From positions 33,294,001-33,358,000 of the forward strand of contig OZ116701.1 of the NCBI GenBank assembly GCA_964199315.1: a stretch of 64,000 bases of DNA, written 5' to 3'. This document shows positions 37,722-48,794 of this stretch, piece after piece. This DNA comes from Orbicella franksi. Lineage: Eukaryota. The first letter of the stretch is position 1; each line of letters opens with the position of its first letter. Both the position numbers and the translations under genes were made by a program. The notes below the pieces were generated by a model. That model had not been told where the DNA came from, did no database searches, and was given only the letters and a program-made list of their open reading frames with translations.

Positions 37722-38355
37722 TTATTTATGGATTATAACCACTGCATTTTCTACTTTTACAAACTTTTCACGCTGTCGTCCGCAAAAGCCAGCGATTCGA
37801 TCATCTCTATCCAACTGTGAAACAGTTCTTGCTCGGCATTCATGCGGAAATTTTGTTGCTGGGTCAGAAAATCGATAAGCGGGTCAGCCTCTGACGTTGG
37901 CTGTCGGAGGCAAGAGGTGACATTAATTTGAAATTGCTCTTTCACAGGTATAAAATACTTCCAGCCGTTTTTCTCAGCGATGGCAGCGACCTCTTGGTTC
38001 GTGTAAAAGGACATAACGGCAGGGAAGAAGCCTTCATTTTGAATTGATCTAAGAGAACCGAGCTCGGCTCAACGATCACGTTATGTATAGTAGGTGGTTT
38101 CTTCTTTTGTGATACTATGAGCTCCACCATAGTTTGAAGAATAAGGAGATCAATCTCGCCGCTTCCACTTCCAATGCCTAACACTTTGAGTGGTTTGTCG
38201 ATGTCAACCTTGTCGATAATTTTCGGCATGGCCTACCTTATCCCGTCCTGCGTAAAGTTAAGCATAGCTGGTCGTCTGACCGTTGAGTTGTCGATAAATG
38301 CCTGAAACGACCTTTGGTACATTTCATGGGATTTCCAAAGTGGGTCTAGAGGCAT
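37722..38355 (-). pseudogene. Inverted pseudogene copy of the HNMT-like gene
   Basis: Co-linear with 35212-36126. TAG at 38235-38233 (Gln in the intact copy), a 277-nt frameshifting deletion (intact positions about 35550-35826) and a 1-nt deletion near the 3' end. Confidence 0.9.
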
Positions 38356-38667
38356 TTTGCACTAAAGACTGAGAGAAGAGTGACACTAGTTAGAAATCAA
38401 ACGCCGCCGGAACTTGTCGCGCAAGAGATTATCAGCGGTCGTCAAATAATTAACGACAATTAAATGCACTGATGAGAGGGAATCGCAACCACCTCCCGCA
38501 GACGATGTTCTTATATGATTGATTGCCGGTAAAGATAAGAACCTAGATTGCGTTATCTACCTTAGAAAGGCCGAAGCCGAGCGCAGCACGGTCTGTGATG
38601 GTCTTTTCGGCAATGAGTTAAATGCACTCGGAACAATTGCTTTAGGAATATAGTAAGGGGAGATTCA

Positions 38668-38985
38668 ATGTACGTTATAAATTGTCATCAGCTTCTTGGA
38701 ACCGAAGGGCGCCATACTATGCCTTGTCCAACAAGGGTAGGTTTGGTGACTTTTGGGTCTGAAGACATGGTTGCCAACGCGGAGGAAGATCTCGCCACAA
38801 TAGCGATGGCAAGCGTGTGGATACATGACCTCATTAGACAGGAGTTTACAGTCGATGTAATTCCTTGCTTTAGAGAGTCTTCCAATCAGGGCGATCTCCC
38901 CATGGATTTCTTTAAAGAGCCGATAACTAGAAATAGACCAGGAGTGAAATTCTTGAAGGGAGAAATGGTAGCTCAGTGTAATTGA
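38668..38985 (+). CDS. Uncharacterised 105-aa ORF
   Basis: True ATG, TATA-like gaatatagtaa about 20 nt upstream, GC-richer than its flanks, globular-protein composition. No family recognised. Confidence 0.45.
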   Translation: MYVINCHQLLGTEGRHTMPCPTRVGLVTFGSEDMVANAEEDLATIAMASVWIHDLIRQEFTVDVIPCFRESSNQGDLPMDFFKEPITRNRPGVKFLKGEMVAQCN

Positions 38986-39166
38986 AAAGCGACAACCAGC
39001 TCCAGAATGCAACAATCCTGTTTTTGACGCTTGTAAAATCAACACGGTAAATGACTAAGAACTTACTACAAAATACACAGATTTGTTTCAATTACTTTTT
39101 TCCCCTATTCCAGTTGGTTACTGAAGAGATCAGTCCGAGAAGCAAAGGTACTGCTCCTTCCTAGAG

Positions 39167-39212
39167 CAACCTCGTTCCCGCCCCGCCCCCTCCCATTCCT
39201 GGGAACTAGGTT
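39167..39212. mobile_element. Tiny MITE (caacctcgttccc...gggaactaggttg); relatives at about 44797-44837 and 46541-46590
   Basis: Terminal inverted repeats visible directly in all three. Confidence 0.7.
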
Positions 39213-39329
39213 GTCTCCAGACGACATCGGTTCGACTGATATAACAATGAAGAAAGGTTGATTACTGTGTGGAACGCTTAACGGGACAACGACATGATAG
39301 AGTCCAACTGGGGAAAGCCAAGAATTGCA

Positions 39330-39374
39330 ACCGTGGACAGCTGTTTCGACCTGGTTGGGTCTCGTCAGCACGGT
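39330..39374 (-). ncRNA. Minimal type I hammerhead ribozyme (Penelope/retrozyme type)
   Basis: Minus strand: ACCGTG-CTGACGA-GACC-CAACCA-GGTC-GAAA-C-AGCT-G-TC^CACGGT. Perfect 6-bp stem I, 4-bp stem II, canonical core, GUC triplet, self-complementary ACAGCTGT stem III. Confidence 0.9.
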
Positions 39375-39539
39375 GTAGCATGCAGCACGAAATGAAGGAA
39401 CCGGCTGGCTGACCGATCGTCCACCAAACGCACAGGATGGAAATGCCAAAAATAGAAACATAGCAATGAAGCGAGGCTGATTACAGTCCTACCTACACCG
39501 GCAGTATTTTCGTTTGCGGTCTCTTGCATCACTGTATTT

Positions 39540-42500
39540 AGTTCAACTAATCAATGACGCGTTTATTCTCTTTGTGAACTTAGTTTACCAACTTGCTGCA
39601 TTATTTGATCTTTCATTAACAATAAATAGGCAGTTGTCATTAATTTAATTTTCTTTACTAGAAATAATTGACTCCATGTTGACGTAATGTGACTGGGCAT
39701 CTGAAATGTCATCAGTCAAGGAGCGAGCGACCAAGCTAATAAACGAAAATCTAGTTTATAACTGAAAAGAATAAAGTACTGAGTAAAAGCCAATTTATCA
39801 AACATCAATAAACAAAATATCCTGGCCGAACTCAGCTAGTTTTATGGCTCGTTCGCAACAAAAGATCGTCGGAGTGGCATAATTCAAGACTAACCGAAAA
39901 AATAACGAAGTGTCAATATGCTTTTGATTAGTTTTGCTCAAATTAGTAACAAAAGAAAGACTTCTACGGAAACTGATAAGAACAAGCGTAATTAATTAAT
40001 CCCTCTAGTGACTCGGACAAATCCTATTTCATGTGGTGATGCTGGGATTGCGAGTGGCATACACGGTACATTAGAAAACCCAGTTGAAGGAGAGGGGAGG
40101 GGTGGGGAAGGGGTGTAACGCCTCGTACGTGATTTGTATTGAAAGAGTGCTCGGTTCTAAAAATCCTTAGTCTATTTCAAATTAAAAGATGCGATTTTTT
40201 TTAACTCTTCAAGCCAGTTCATCTATTGCATACTGATGAGTGATGATGAATGAACTGATTTTGGCTGAATACAAGAGACCGCTTTCAGCAATATTAACTT
40301 TTTTGTGTTCTATTTTCTGCCTCAGTTTTTGTTTGAAGAGTAAATACTTTTAAAAAATATCTAAAGAAGTACAGTTTCAGTTTACAGACCCTTCTACAAC
40401 AGTGAGCAGCCCAAAACCCACACGCTTTTGCCGCATCCAGCAAGCGGCTGATAGAAGTGATTACCCACCCTTCCCATCCTAAGGTGATAATAAATTATGT
40501 TCCTGACCGTGACTCATTGTGATTCCGTGGCGCAGGGATTAAGAACTATTGTTGAACGGTCATCAGTCGGAACAAACACGATTCCTTGCTAAAGGAATTA
40601 AGAAGCCTATGAGATGAGATAAAGTGTTGTTAATCAGCAGGAGCAACAAAGCAGCTAAAGAGCAACAAAGCAACTAAAGCTCGGTAAGTTGCGTTATATA
40701 CTTTCAACAATTTACAATTTATATTAAAACCGTTTTTCTATAGTTTTATGTCTGTAAAGATATCGACCCTCTCGTTGCGTCAAACAATGAGTTCCCTTTT
40801 AGGCAGTTTCGAGCTCAACTCACTTCATTTGCGACATGGCTAAACGAGGTGTTTTTTTGTTGTTGTTGTTTTTTCGTTTTGCTTGGTATTGGCATGATTT
40901 TGTTTACTTCCTAAATTCAAACTGCATAAAAATTTGATGGACAATCGACCCTTTTCAAATGTTTCGGTCATATCGATGAAAAAAAGCGTTTAACTTGACT
41001 GACAATGTTCTTTTCCGGAGTGGTCTGTTTCCGTCGGTTTTATTAAATCGTTTTTTTTTTTTTGATTATCATCAAAAATTGATTAGGACCTTGATTTGGT
41101 TGAAAATCATGCATCAATAGCATGCGGGCGCAAAACCATTATGTCATGACGCCAGCACCCGCAGATCGCAGCCCGAAGCATCGGTATCATAAACGAAACA
41201 GATTGAGCTGCTGTTTACTTATTTGGCCGGCCGAGGACAGTGTGTTTGCTGAGCCGCAAGATTAAAATGGAAAACCATTCTCAAACGGAGGTCAAAGAAT
41301 TCAATTGCTTTAAGAGAACACGTTAATCCGACGAAAAAATAAACAAATAAATCAAACAACCTTTTCAAGTGCCATCTTGGTCTGTCCTTCTGCTAATTAC
41401 AAACACTATTTACAATAACTTAAGAATAATCAAGATGCCGGGACCCACATATTAAGACTAAACGACAGAAAGTAAACAAGACCAAAAGAAAGTACACTTT
41501 ACATAAATTAAAAGCAATCAGCCTCGAGACTACACTGATTGGAAACCATAATTCTCAAACGTTCTTAATTGATTCAAACGCTGAACTTTTCATGTACTTA
41601 ATTCAATGTATTTGGTTCGGCTCATGGAAAGTTCGGCGTCTGAACTGGGCCTTAGTCTGTCTGGTCGTCTGCTAATTACAAACACAACTAAATTGTATTT
41701 ACAATAGCTTAAGAATAGTCAAGCTGCCGGGACCCACAAACTAAAACTAAACGACAGAAACTAAACAAGGCCAAAAGAAAGTACACTTTACATAAATTAA
41801 AAGGACCGAGCCGCGAGATTAGACTGATTGAAAGCCATAATTCTCAAACGGAGATCAAACAGGTCAAAGAATTAATTGCTTTTAATTACAAACCACAATA
41901 ATCCAGCGAAAATATAAATCAAATGAGACAAACAGCCTTTTCAAATTTAGGTCTGTCTAGCCTTCTGCTAATTACAAACATTGTTTGCAATAACTTAAGG
42001 ATAATTTGGATGCATCCCACATTTAAACTAAACTGGATGTAGCTCTCGCTAAGTGCCAACGAGCAACCAATCAAAACAAATACTAATTGGCAACTTAAAA
42101 AAAGTCATGTTTTGTGCACCTCACTTTTTTGAAGTCAAGGATTCAAAACAACGTCAAATGTCTTAAATTCAGATGTAAATATTTTGATTGACAGCGCAGA
42201 ATCGCCAAAACGAAAATAAGATTCTTGGTTTTAAATCATCGCGATACTACGGTTTCGGCTGTAATGATAACTAACATCGTTTTCTTCCCTTTCTAAAAAT
42301 TATCTGGAAAATTGAATAATATAACAACAAAAGAATACAGAACAAAAATGAAGCGCCAACAATAACTTCTTGTACGGTACTATGCAAGTCAGATTTACAC
42401 AAACTTACATGTCTTTCGTGTCAAACAATGTATTTAAGCTATAAACGGTAACAATTTCAATTATATAACGTCCTCTGACAAAGAACAATAGAAGTCTACA

Positions 42501-44313
42501 TTTCATTGACCAACAGCTTGGTTTGAGGATTTACAGAAACTTACGTGCATTTCGTTCCGAGGCTTGTTGTATAGATTAGTCAAATATATAACATATGAGC
42601 ATAAAAGTAACAAAATATTTCAAATAAATAAAGTCCTTCGTAGTCGAACAGCTGGCAAAGGATATGCGCAAACTGTTTGCTTTGGGACGCTTGGGCCAGT
42701 TGGACGTTAACGGTATTAAACAACTTCAATTATAAATCTCAGTTGCTTTGATTGCTTTTTGCTCGCTGGCGGTGACAAATTTGGCTCACTGGCAGATGTC
42801 GAGTTTTCTCTCGTGTGGCTCGCAGGCCGATAGTTTGCAACAGTTGTCGTTTGTTTTAGCTTAGCTTTGATTGAATTCAGTTTAAAGAGGTTTCTTTGAT
42901 TGCTTTATGCCCGCTGGCGTTGTCTAGATTTGGCACGCTGGCCGAATTTGGCACACTGGCCGAGTTTGGCATGGTGGCCGAGTACTCTTTTGGCTCGCTG
43001 GCCGATTGTTGAGCTTGCTAGCTCGATAAATATACCACAGTGGCACTTAACTAAAGTACACTCACGTAGAATTGGGAATAAAAACAAATAAAACTTACAA
43101 AAGCAGGTGAAAATTACGTTTTTCTTTCCTCAAACTTGATCAAAACTCCGCTCAATGAATGGCAAAGCTGCTGAGAATCGACGATCACAACCATGCGGGC
43201 TTGACGTCACAATCTCTGCGCGCTACGATTGGTCCGTTGTAAGACAATCGACCTTTTCCACTACGTCATTGGAATCTCAGGAATCTTGCCTTACAACATA
43301 GTAGAGGGGAATGGTTATAAACATGTCTCTCGATCACTCGAGATTTTTTCCGCCTGCACAGTACTTTCGCACGGCTCTATAATGCTGCCGCCTCGCCAGC
43401 CTCGCGTCTTCGCTCGGCTGGCTCGTTGGCAATAATAGACAAAAGACAATAAAAGGGGACGTGCGAGCATCTTTGCGCGAAAGATTTCCATTGCATTAGT
43501 CTAAAAAGATTCTGACAATGTAAGAAAACTAACTCTTACCCATCAATTGCATGGTTTTCTCTTCAACAGCTTGTAGAAAAGTTGACAGTAGCCCCTAAAA
43601 TAAAAATCCAATCAACGCCAAGTGCCGATAAAATGGCTCTGACCGCCGAAGGAGGACTGATGTTGTTGATCAACTTCGCTGCGTTTACAGGGAATTTGCT
43701 GATGTGTTTTATTTTGTACAAGAAGCCAAGTTTCCACACAACTGCAAACACATTCACTCTGTCTTTGACCATTTGTCACGTGTTTACCTCTTGCCTGGTC
43801 ATGCCGTTCACCGCGGGCTCACTGGTGGCGGGAGAGTGGATGTTTGGACAGACTTTGTGCGACATTCAGGGATTCGTGTTCCTCACCTTAACATGGGTGC
43901 CTTTGCAGTTGCTGACAATCATGGTGGCGCGTCGATATTTAAACATCACCCAGTTGTTATCCCACAATAAGTGGTTCTCGCTTAACCGATCCACTGGAAT
44001 GGTTTTGACAATCTGGGTATTCGATGTAGTCGTGCTGATGTTTCTCGCAATACTTGGTGGCACCGCGTTTCAATTTTCTCCAAAACGATCATTGCTCTGC
44101 ACTAGGCCCTTGAGCCGTGAAAACCAAACTGTAAACATATTTAATACAGTGATTACATCGGCCCTTTACATAGCTCTGTTAATTATCTCCATCATGGCAT
44201 TGTGCGCTATCAGAAGACATGAAGCCACCTTTCGGGCTAGGAGAAGAATTACCCCGTTCGACATGAGATCAGCTGCTGAAGCAAAGATAACAGATAAAGT
44301 TTTGTTAGCCCTT
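39540..44313 (+). repeat. Left arm of a large inverted segmental duplication
   Basis: Reverse-complement matches block by block to 47146-50520, e.g. 39541-39600 with 50455-50520, 40260-40370 with 49660-49770, 41650-42030 with 48000-48390, and 43440-44313 with 47146-47980. Confidence 0.9.
42030..43435. mobile_element. About 1.4 kb segment present only in the left arm, probable DNA-transposon-like insertion
   Basis: Absent from the right arm, where the homologues of 42030 and 43435 are adjacent (about 47975-48000). Inverted 11-mer tgccaacgagc at 42054-42064 and gctcgttggca at 43421-43431. Internal 18-bp tandem repeats at 42929-43006. Confidence 0.55.
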
Positions 44314-44559
44314 ACAATGGAAATCCTTCTTATTTGGATGCCTTTTGTAATAATCAAGCTCGTGGAATTTCCAACCCAGCCGGCAGTCATGGCTATTCCA
44401 CGCCAGGCCCATCTGGCTTCCACTTTTCTTTGGTTTGCTGTCGCTGTCCTTCACCCCGTCACATATGGGGCTTTGTACAGACCGTTTTCAAGAGAACTGC
44501 TGAGAATTGTGCCAACTAGATTGCGACAAAATAAGGCACATGCTGAACATGCCATCTGA
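43633..44559 (+). CDS. Class A (rhodopsin-like) GPCR, melatonin-receptor-like cnidarian type with atypical motifs
   Basis: Seven hydrophobic segments, GN in TM1, W.FG...C disulfide motif, IWMP in TM6, HPVTY in TM7. First ATG is 43633. The frame is open from a likely acceptor at 43568-43569 (ttttctcttcaacag, branch-like ctaac at 43529), so an upstream exon may extend the N-terminus. Confidence 0.85.
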   Translation: MALTAEGGLMLLINFAAFTGNLLMCFILYKKPSFHTTANTFTLSLTICHVFTSCLVMPFTAGSLVAGEWMFGQTLCDIQGFVFLTLTWVPLQLLTIMVARRYLNITQLLSHNKWFSLNRSTGMVLTIWVFDVVVLMFLAILGGTAFQFSPKRSLLCTRPLSRENQTVNIFNTVITSALYIALLIISIMALCAIRRHEATFRARRRITPFDMRSAAEAKITDKVLLALTMEILLIWMPFVIIKLVEFPTQPAVMAIPRQAHLASTFLWFAVAVLHPVTYGALYRPFSRELLRIVPTRLRQNKAHAEHAI

Positions 44560-46068
44560 CATGATTATACTGATGTCCTGGACTGTATCTGAAAGCGGTT
44601 AAGCAAGTTGAGCTTTTGCAAGTTTGCAACACTGCAACAAATAGTCACGTCCTGTAGTCCTTTGATTTTTGTATTAACATAACCATTTAGTCTGGTAAAT
44701 GTATAGCCACGACAATTTAAATATAACGACTGTTCTGTTTAAGAATTCTTGACAGTAATGAAATAAGTAACTTCAAAGTAAAACAAATGACTCAAGCAAC
44801 CTCGTTTCCAGGACTTTTAGCCCTAGGAACAAGGTTCCCGCGCAAGGGGCCCCACCGAATAAAGGAACTATAGAGCACGCGCCGATTACATTTTGATGAC
44901 GCGGGTCCCTTCTCATTTTTATTCCCCTTCATCTAGCTGGTGTTTTTCAGATATAATGACATTAATATGACAGTAAAACAGATTATAATACCTCGCCCGG
45001 CTCAAGGCGAAGGAACCTGGCATAAGGTATGCTATGAATGCTAGGAAACCAGCATTCCTTTGTGGTACTTTCAGTTTTCGCCGCTTGCATCCCCTCGTGA
45101 GTTCGTCTTTTAAAATTTGTTCACTGTTAATTGGTCACTATATAAAACGTTTCTGTGTAATCAAGGCAAACGTTTCAAAACTTGGGTGGTCTTGAGTTAG
45201 ACGCTGGAGGAAGCGTGATCGCTGACACTCGATGGGCTTTAAGTTAGTTTGCTAAATTAAGTTGACGTAAAAAGGCTTGCAAACTACCTAAGTGTAGCAA
45301 CAACAAGAACAATTTATTTCATTATTCCCATACGAGTACATAGCATTACCTAAAATATAATATAGCAATTATATTGTAACTAAATTACAATAATTTAAAT
45401 GTATTCTGTCTGTAATCCATGCATGAATGTATATAGGCGCTAAGCAGCTGTATTGAATGGAGCGTTTCACGATTCGGCGCATGTCTACATTATTTATTCT
45501 CCCGTACAGGCTTTTTGGCACAGGCCCAGTTTTTCATTATTTAAGAGTCAATCGTAAGCAAGTTACCTAATTTTTCATGCGAATAGCCGTAAAATCATCA
45601 ACCATAGGATACATCGCACGGATCAACACTAAATTCAACGGTCGACAGCGTCAGCAAAATCCACTGAAATCTTCTCAGAATTTTGGTCATTCGCCATTCT
45701 TCCACGACTAACTATAGCATGTGCCTAATGAAGTACATCTGAATGGGGTTTTAAATCGATAACATTAATAAGAAACGAACAAAAAAATATTTTGATCTAC
45801 AGACATGCACCGAACCGGGAAACCTCCCTTTTAAGTCCGCAGAATAAGGGGCCAACATTATTAAAAAGAAAAATATAAAAACCTTCGAGCGTGAGTTATC
45901 GTAAAGGTGACAGGAAAGTAGAAAATGCACTATTCATGTTTCAGTCCGTGACCGATGACAAGACTCTGCTCCTCAAAGTGTATCGTTTACTTATAGATTA
46001 TAACACAGGCGGCCCAGACATTGAATACGATTAATACGTGACATTATGCTGTTGGCGATTGCCTTACA

Positions 46069-46362
46069 AATTTAACCGTTTATAAAGACAATGTATGAGA
46101 ATGCTTCGAAAATTACTCTAAATGCTACGTGTAGAAAATAATTTGAATAAAATGACTTACCTTATGTTTGCATTGCGTTATTTTGATGTCTCTGGGCTCC
46201 TGGAGGTGGTTTAGAGCCATTTAGGCTAGTTTTACTTTCTGGCTGTTTGCTTCCCCTAAAGAGACATAAGGTAAGCCATTTTATTCAATTTATTTTCTAC
46301 ACGTAGCATTTATAGTAATTTTCGAAGCATTCTCATACGTTGTCTTATAAACGGCTCAAATT
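46069..46362. mobile_element. Foldback element with ~99-bp inverted arms
   Basis: 46069-46167 and 46264-46362 are near-perfect reverse complements (gagaatgcttcgaaaattac.taaatgctacgtgtagaaaataa.ttgaataaaatg.cttaccttatgt). Confidence 0.85.
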
Positions 46363-47145
46363 CTAACGTCTGGGCTGCCTGGAAAACTTATAAACACTTT
46401 AAAAGAATGAAAACTATCTAAATCTTCTCTTATTAAACTAATAAACACTACAATTTAAATATAGCGACCGGTTCTGCTCAAGAGTTCTTGGTAATAATGA
46501 AAGAAATAACTTCAACTGAAGTAAAATAGATGACTCAAGCAGACTCGTTCCCAGAGTTTATTCTAAGGGAAAAGCTCTGGGAACGAGTTTGATGACTGAA
46601 GGAGATGCTAGATGACTATCAAGGCCGCCCGGATACGCAGCAGGCTTTTATTGATTGTCAACTGGCATATTGCGCTCCCGGCACCACTCAAAACGTTTTG
46701 GAAATTCTGCGCGAATTATGCTCGTTTCTCTAAATTATGCTTCTCGTATCAAAATTACGCTACTTGGTTTTATAGAAAAGATACCTCCTGCAAGAACTAA
46801 TCAAAAGGAATATATTTTATATTAAAAGAGGACGGCATAGCTTATTGCTTTAAGCATAGAGATTTTTCAAGAATAAAAACACATGGAATTGTGACCAGAC
46901 AAATCTGGTACAGAAAATCCGACATGCGTTTCAATGCATAACTTTCACAAAATGCACTAGATGGATAAGATGTCCGCCTAAAACACAAAACTTACGTAGA
47001 ACAACAAATCCTGAAAATTTAAGCTCAATTGGGCAAATCCTTCTCAAAATATATTTTCCCAAAGCAGAGCTTTGTACTTACAGTAACAAAAATGCTTCCC
47101 AAAATAAAACTTCAATACCTCAAGATTCAAATTCCGGTAAAAACA

Positions 47146-47836
47146 AAGGGCTAACAAAACTTTATCTGTTCTTTTTTCTTCGGCAGCTGATCTCACGTCG
47201 ACCAGGGTAAGTCTTCTTCTCGCTCGAAAGGTGGCTTCATGTCTTCTGATAGCGCACAACGCCACGATGGAGATAATCAGGATTAACAGCGCTATGTAAA
47301 TGGCCAATGTAATCACTGTATTAAATATGTTTACAATTTGGTTTTCACGGCTCAAGGGCCTAGTGCAGAGCAATGATCGTTTTGGAGAAAATTGAAACGT
47401 AGTGTCACCAAGTATTGTGGGAAAAATCAGCTCGACTACATCTCATTAATACCCAGATTAAGCGAGAACCACTTATTGTGGGATAACAACTGGGTAATGT
47501 TTAAAAATCTACGCGCCACCATGATTGTCAGCAACTACAAAAGCACCCATGTTAAGGTGAGGAACACGAATCCCTGAATGTCGCACAAAGTCTGTCCAAA
47601 CATCTACTCTCCCGCCACCAGTGAGCCCGCGGTGAACGGCATGACCAGGCAAGAGGTAAACACGTGTTTGCAGTTGAGTGGAAACGCGGCTTCTTGTACA
47701 AAACAAAACAAATCAGCAAATTCCCTGTAAACACAGCGAAGTTGATCAACAGCATCAGTCCTCCTTCGACGGTCAGAGTCATGATTTTATCGGCACTTGG
47801 CGTTGATTGGATTTCTATTTTGTGGGCTACTGTCAA
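47146..47836 (-). pseudogene. Truncated, frameshifted inverted copy of the GPCR at 43633-44559
   Basis: 28-nt deletion after STANT at a CAC microhomology. Homology stops at DKVLLAL (about 47146), so most of TM6 and all of TM7 are missing. Confidence 0.9.
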
Positions 47837-48389
47837 CTTTTCTGCAAGCTGTTGAAAAGAGAATCATGAAATTGCTGGGTAATAAATACTTTTCTTACAT
47901 TGTCAGAATCTTTATAGACTAATGCAATGGAAATCTTTCGCGCAAAGATGCCCACTCATCAACTTTTGTTGTCTTTTGGCCTTGTTATAATAGTTTCCAT
48001 TATTTAGTTTTAATGTGGGATGTATCTTAATTATCTCTAAGTTATTGCAAATAATGTTTGTAATTAGCAGAGGGCTAGACAGACCAAGATGGCTCTTTAA
48101 AAGGTTGTTTGTTTTATTTGATTGACAATTTCGCTGGATTATTGCGGTCTGTATTTAAAAGTAATTTAGTCCTTTAGCCTGTTTGATCTCCGTTTGAGAA
48201 TTACGGTTTTTAATCAGTCTAATCTCGCGACTCGGTTCTTTTAATTTATGTAAAGTGTACTTTCTTTTGGCCTTGTTTAGTTTCTGTCGTTTAGTTTTAG
48301 TTTGTGGGTCCCGGCATCTTGATTATTCTTAAGCTATTGTAAATACAATTAAGTAGTGTTTGTAATTAGCAGACGACCAGACAGACTAA

Positions 48390-48794
48390 GGCCCAGTTCA
48401 GACGCCGAACTTTCCATGAGCCGAACCAAATACATTGAATTAAGTTCATGAAAAGTTCGGCGTTTGAATCGAATTAAGAAGGGCTATTCGAATTTGGAAC
48501 AGCCAGCCGTTCTTCCCGCCTAGCTTATCCGGGAATTTTGGGCTTGGAACGGCTTTGATTCAGAGGTCGAACTTTTCCTGAGCCGAACCTAATGCATAAA
48601 TTATTATAAGGTATTTTCCAAGCAGTTTTCAGTTTGCCTGAAAATCGCTGACACTTCGATGTGATTTAGTTTAAACTAAATAAAGTTCGGTGAATTAAGT
48701 TCGACGTCTGAATCAACAGGTGTACTTTTGATAATTTGGGTCGGTCGATCCAAATTCGAATTAAGTTCGGCTCATGAAAAGTCTGAACTGGGCC
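48390..48794. mobile_element. PIF/Harbinger-type MITE with TAA TSD
   Basis: TIRs ggcccagttcagac / gtctgaactgggcc, flanked by TAA at 48387-48389 and 48795-48797. Only one end (about 41566-41652) survives in the left arm. Confidence 0.85.

Noticed and set aside
39105-39461. 118-aa minus-strand ORF
   Set aside because: It runs through the hammerhead element and a MITE, so it is a chance frame in non-coding repeats.
42929-43006. 18-bp repeat array as CRISPR or coding repeat (ORFs 42900-43091 and 42905-43087)
   Set aside because: Spacer-less tandem repeats inside a probable transposon insertion.
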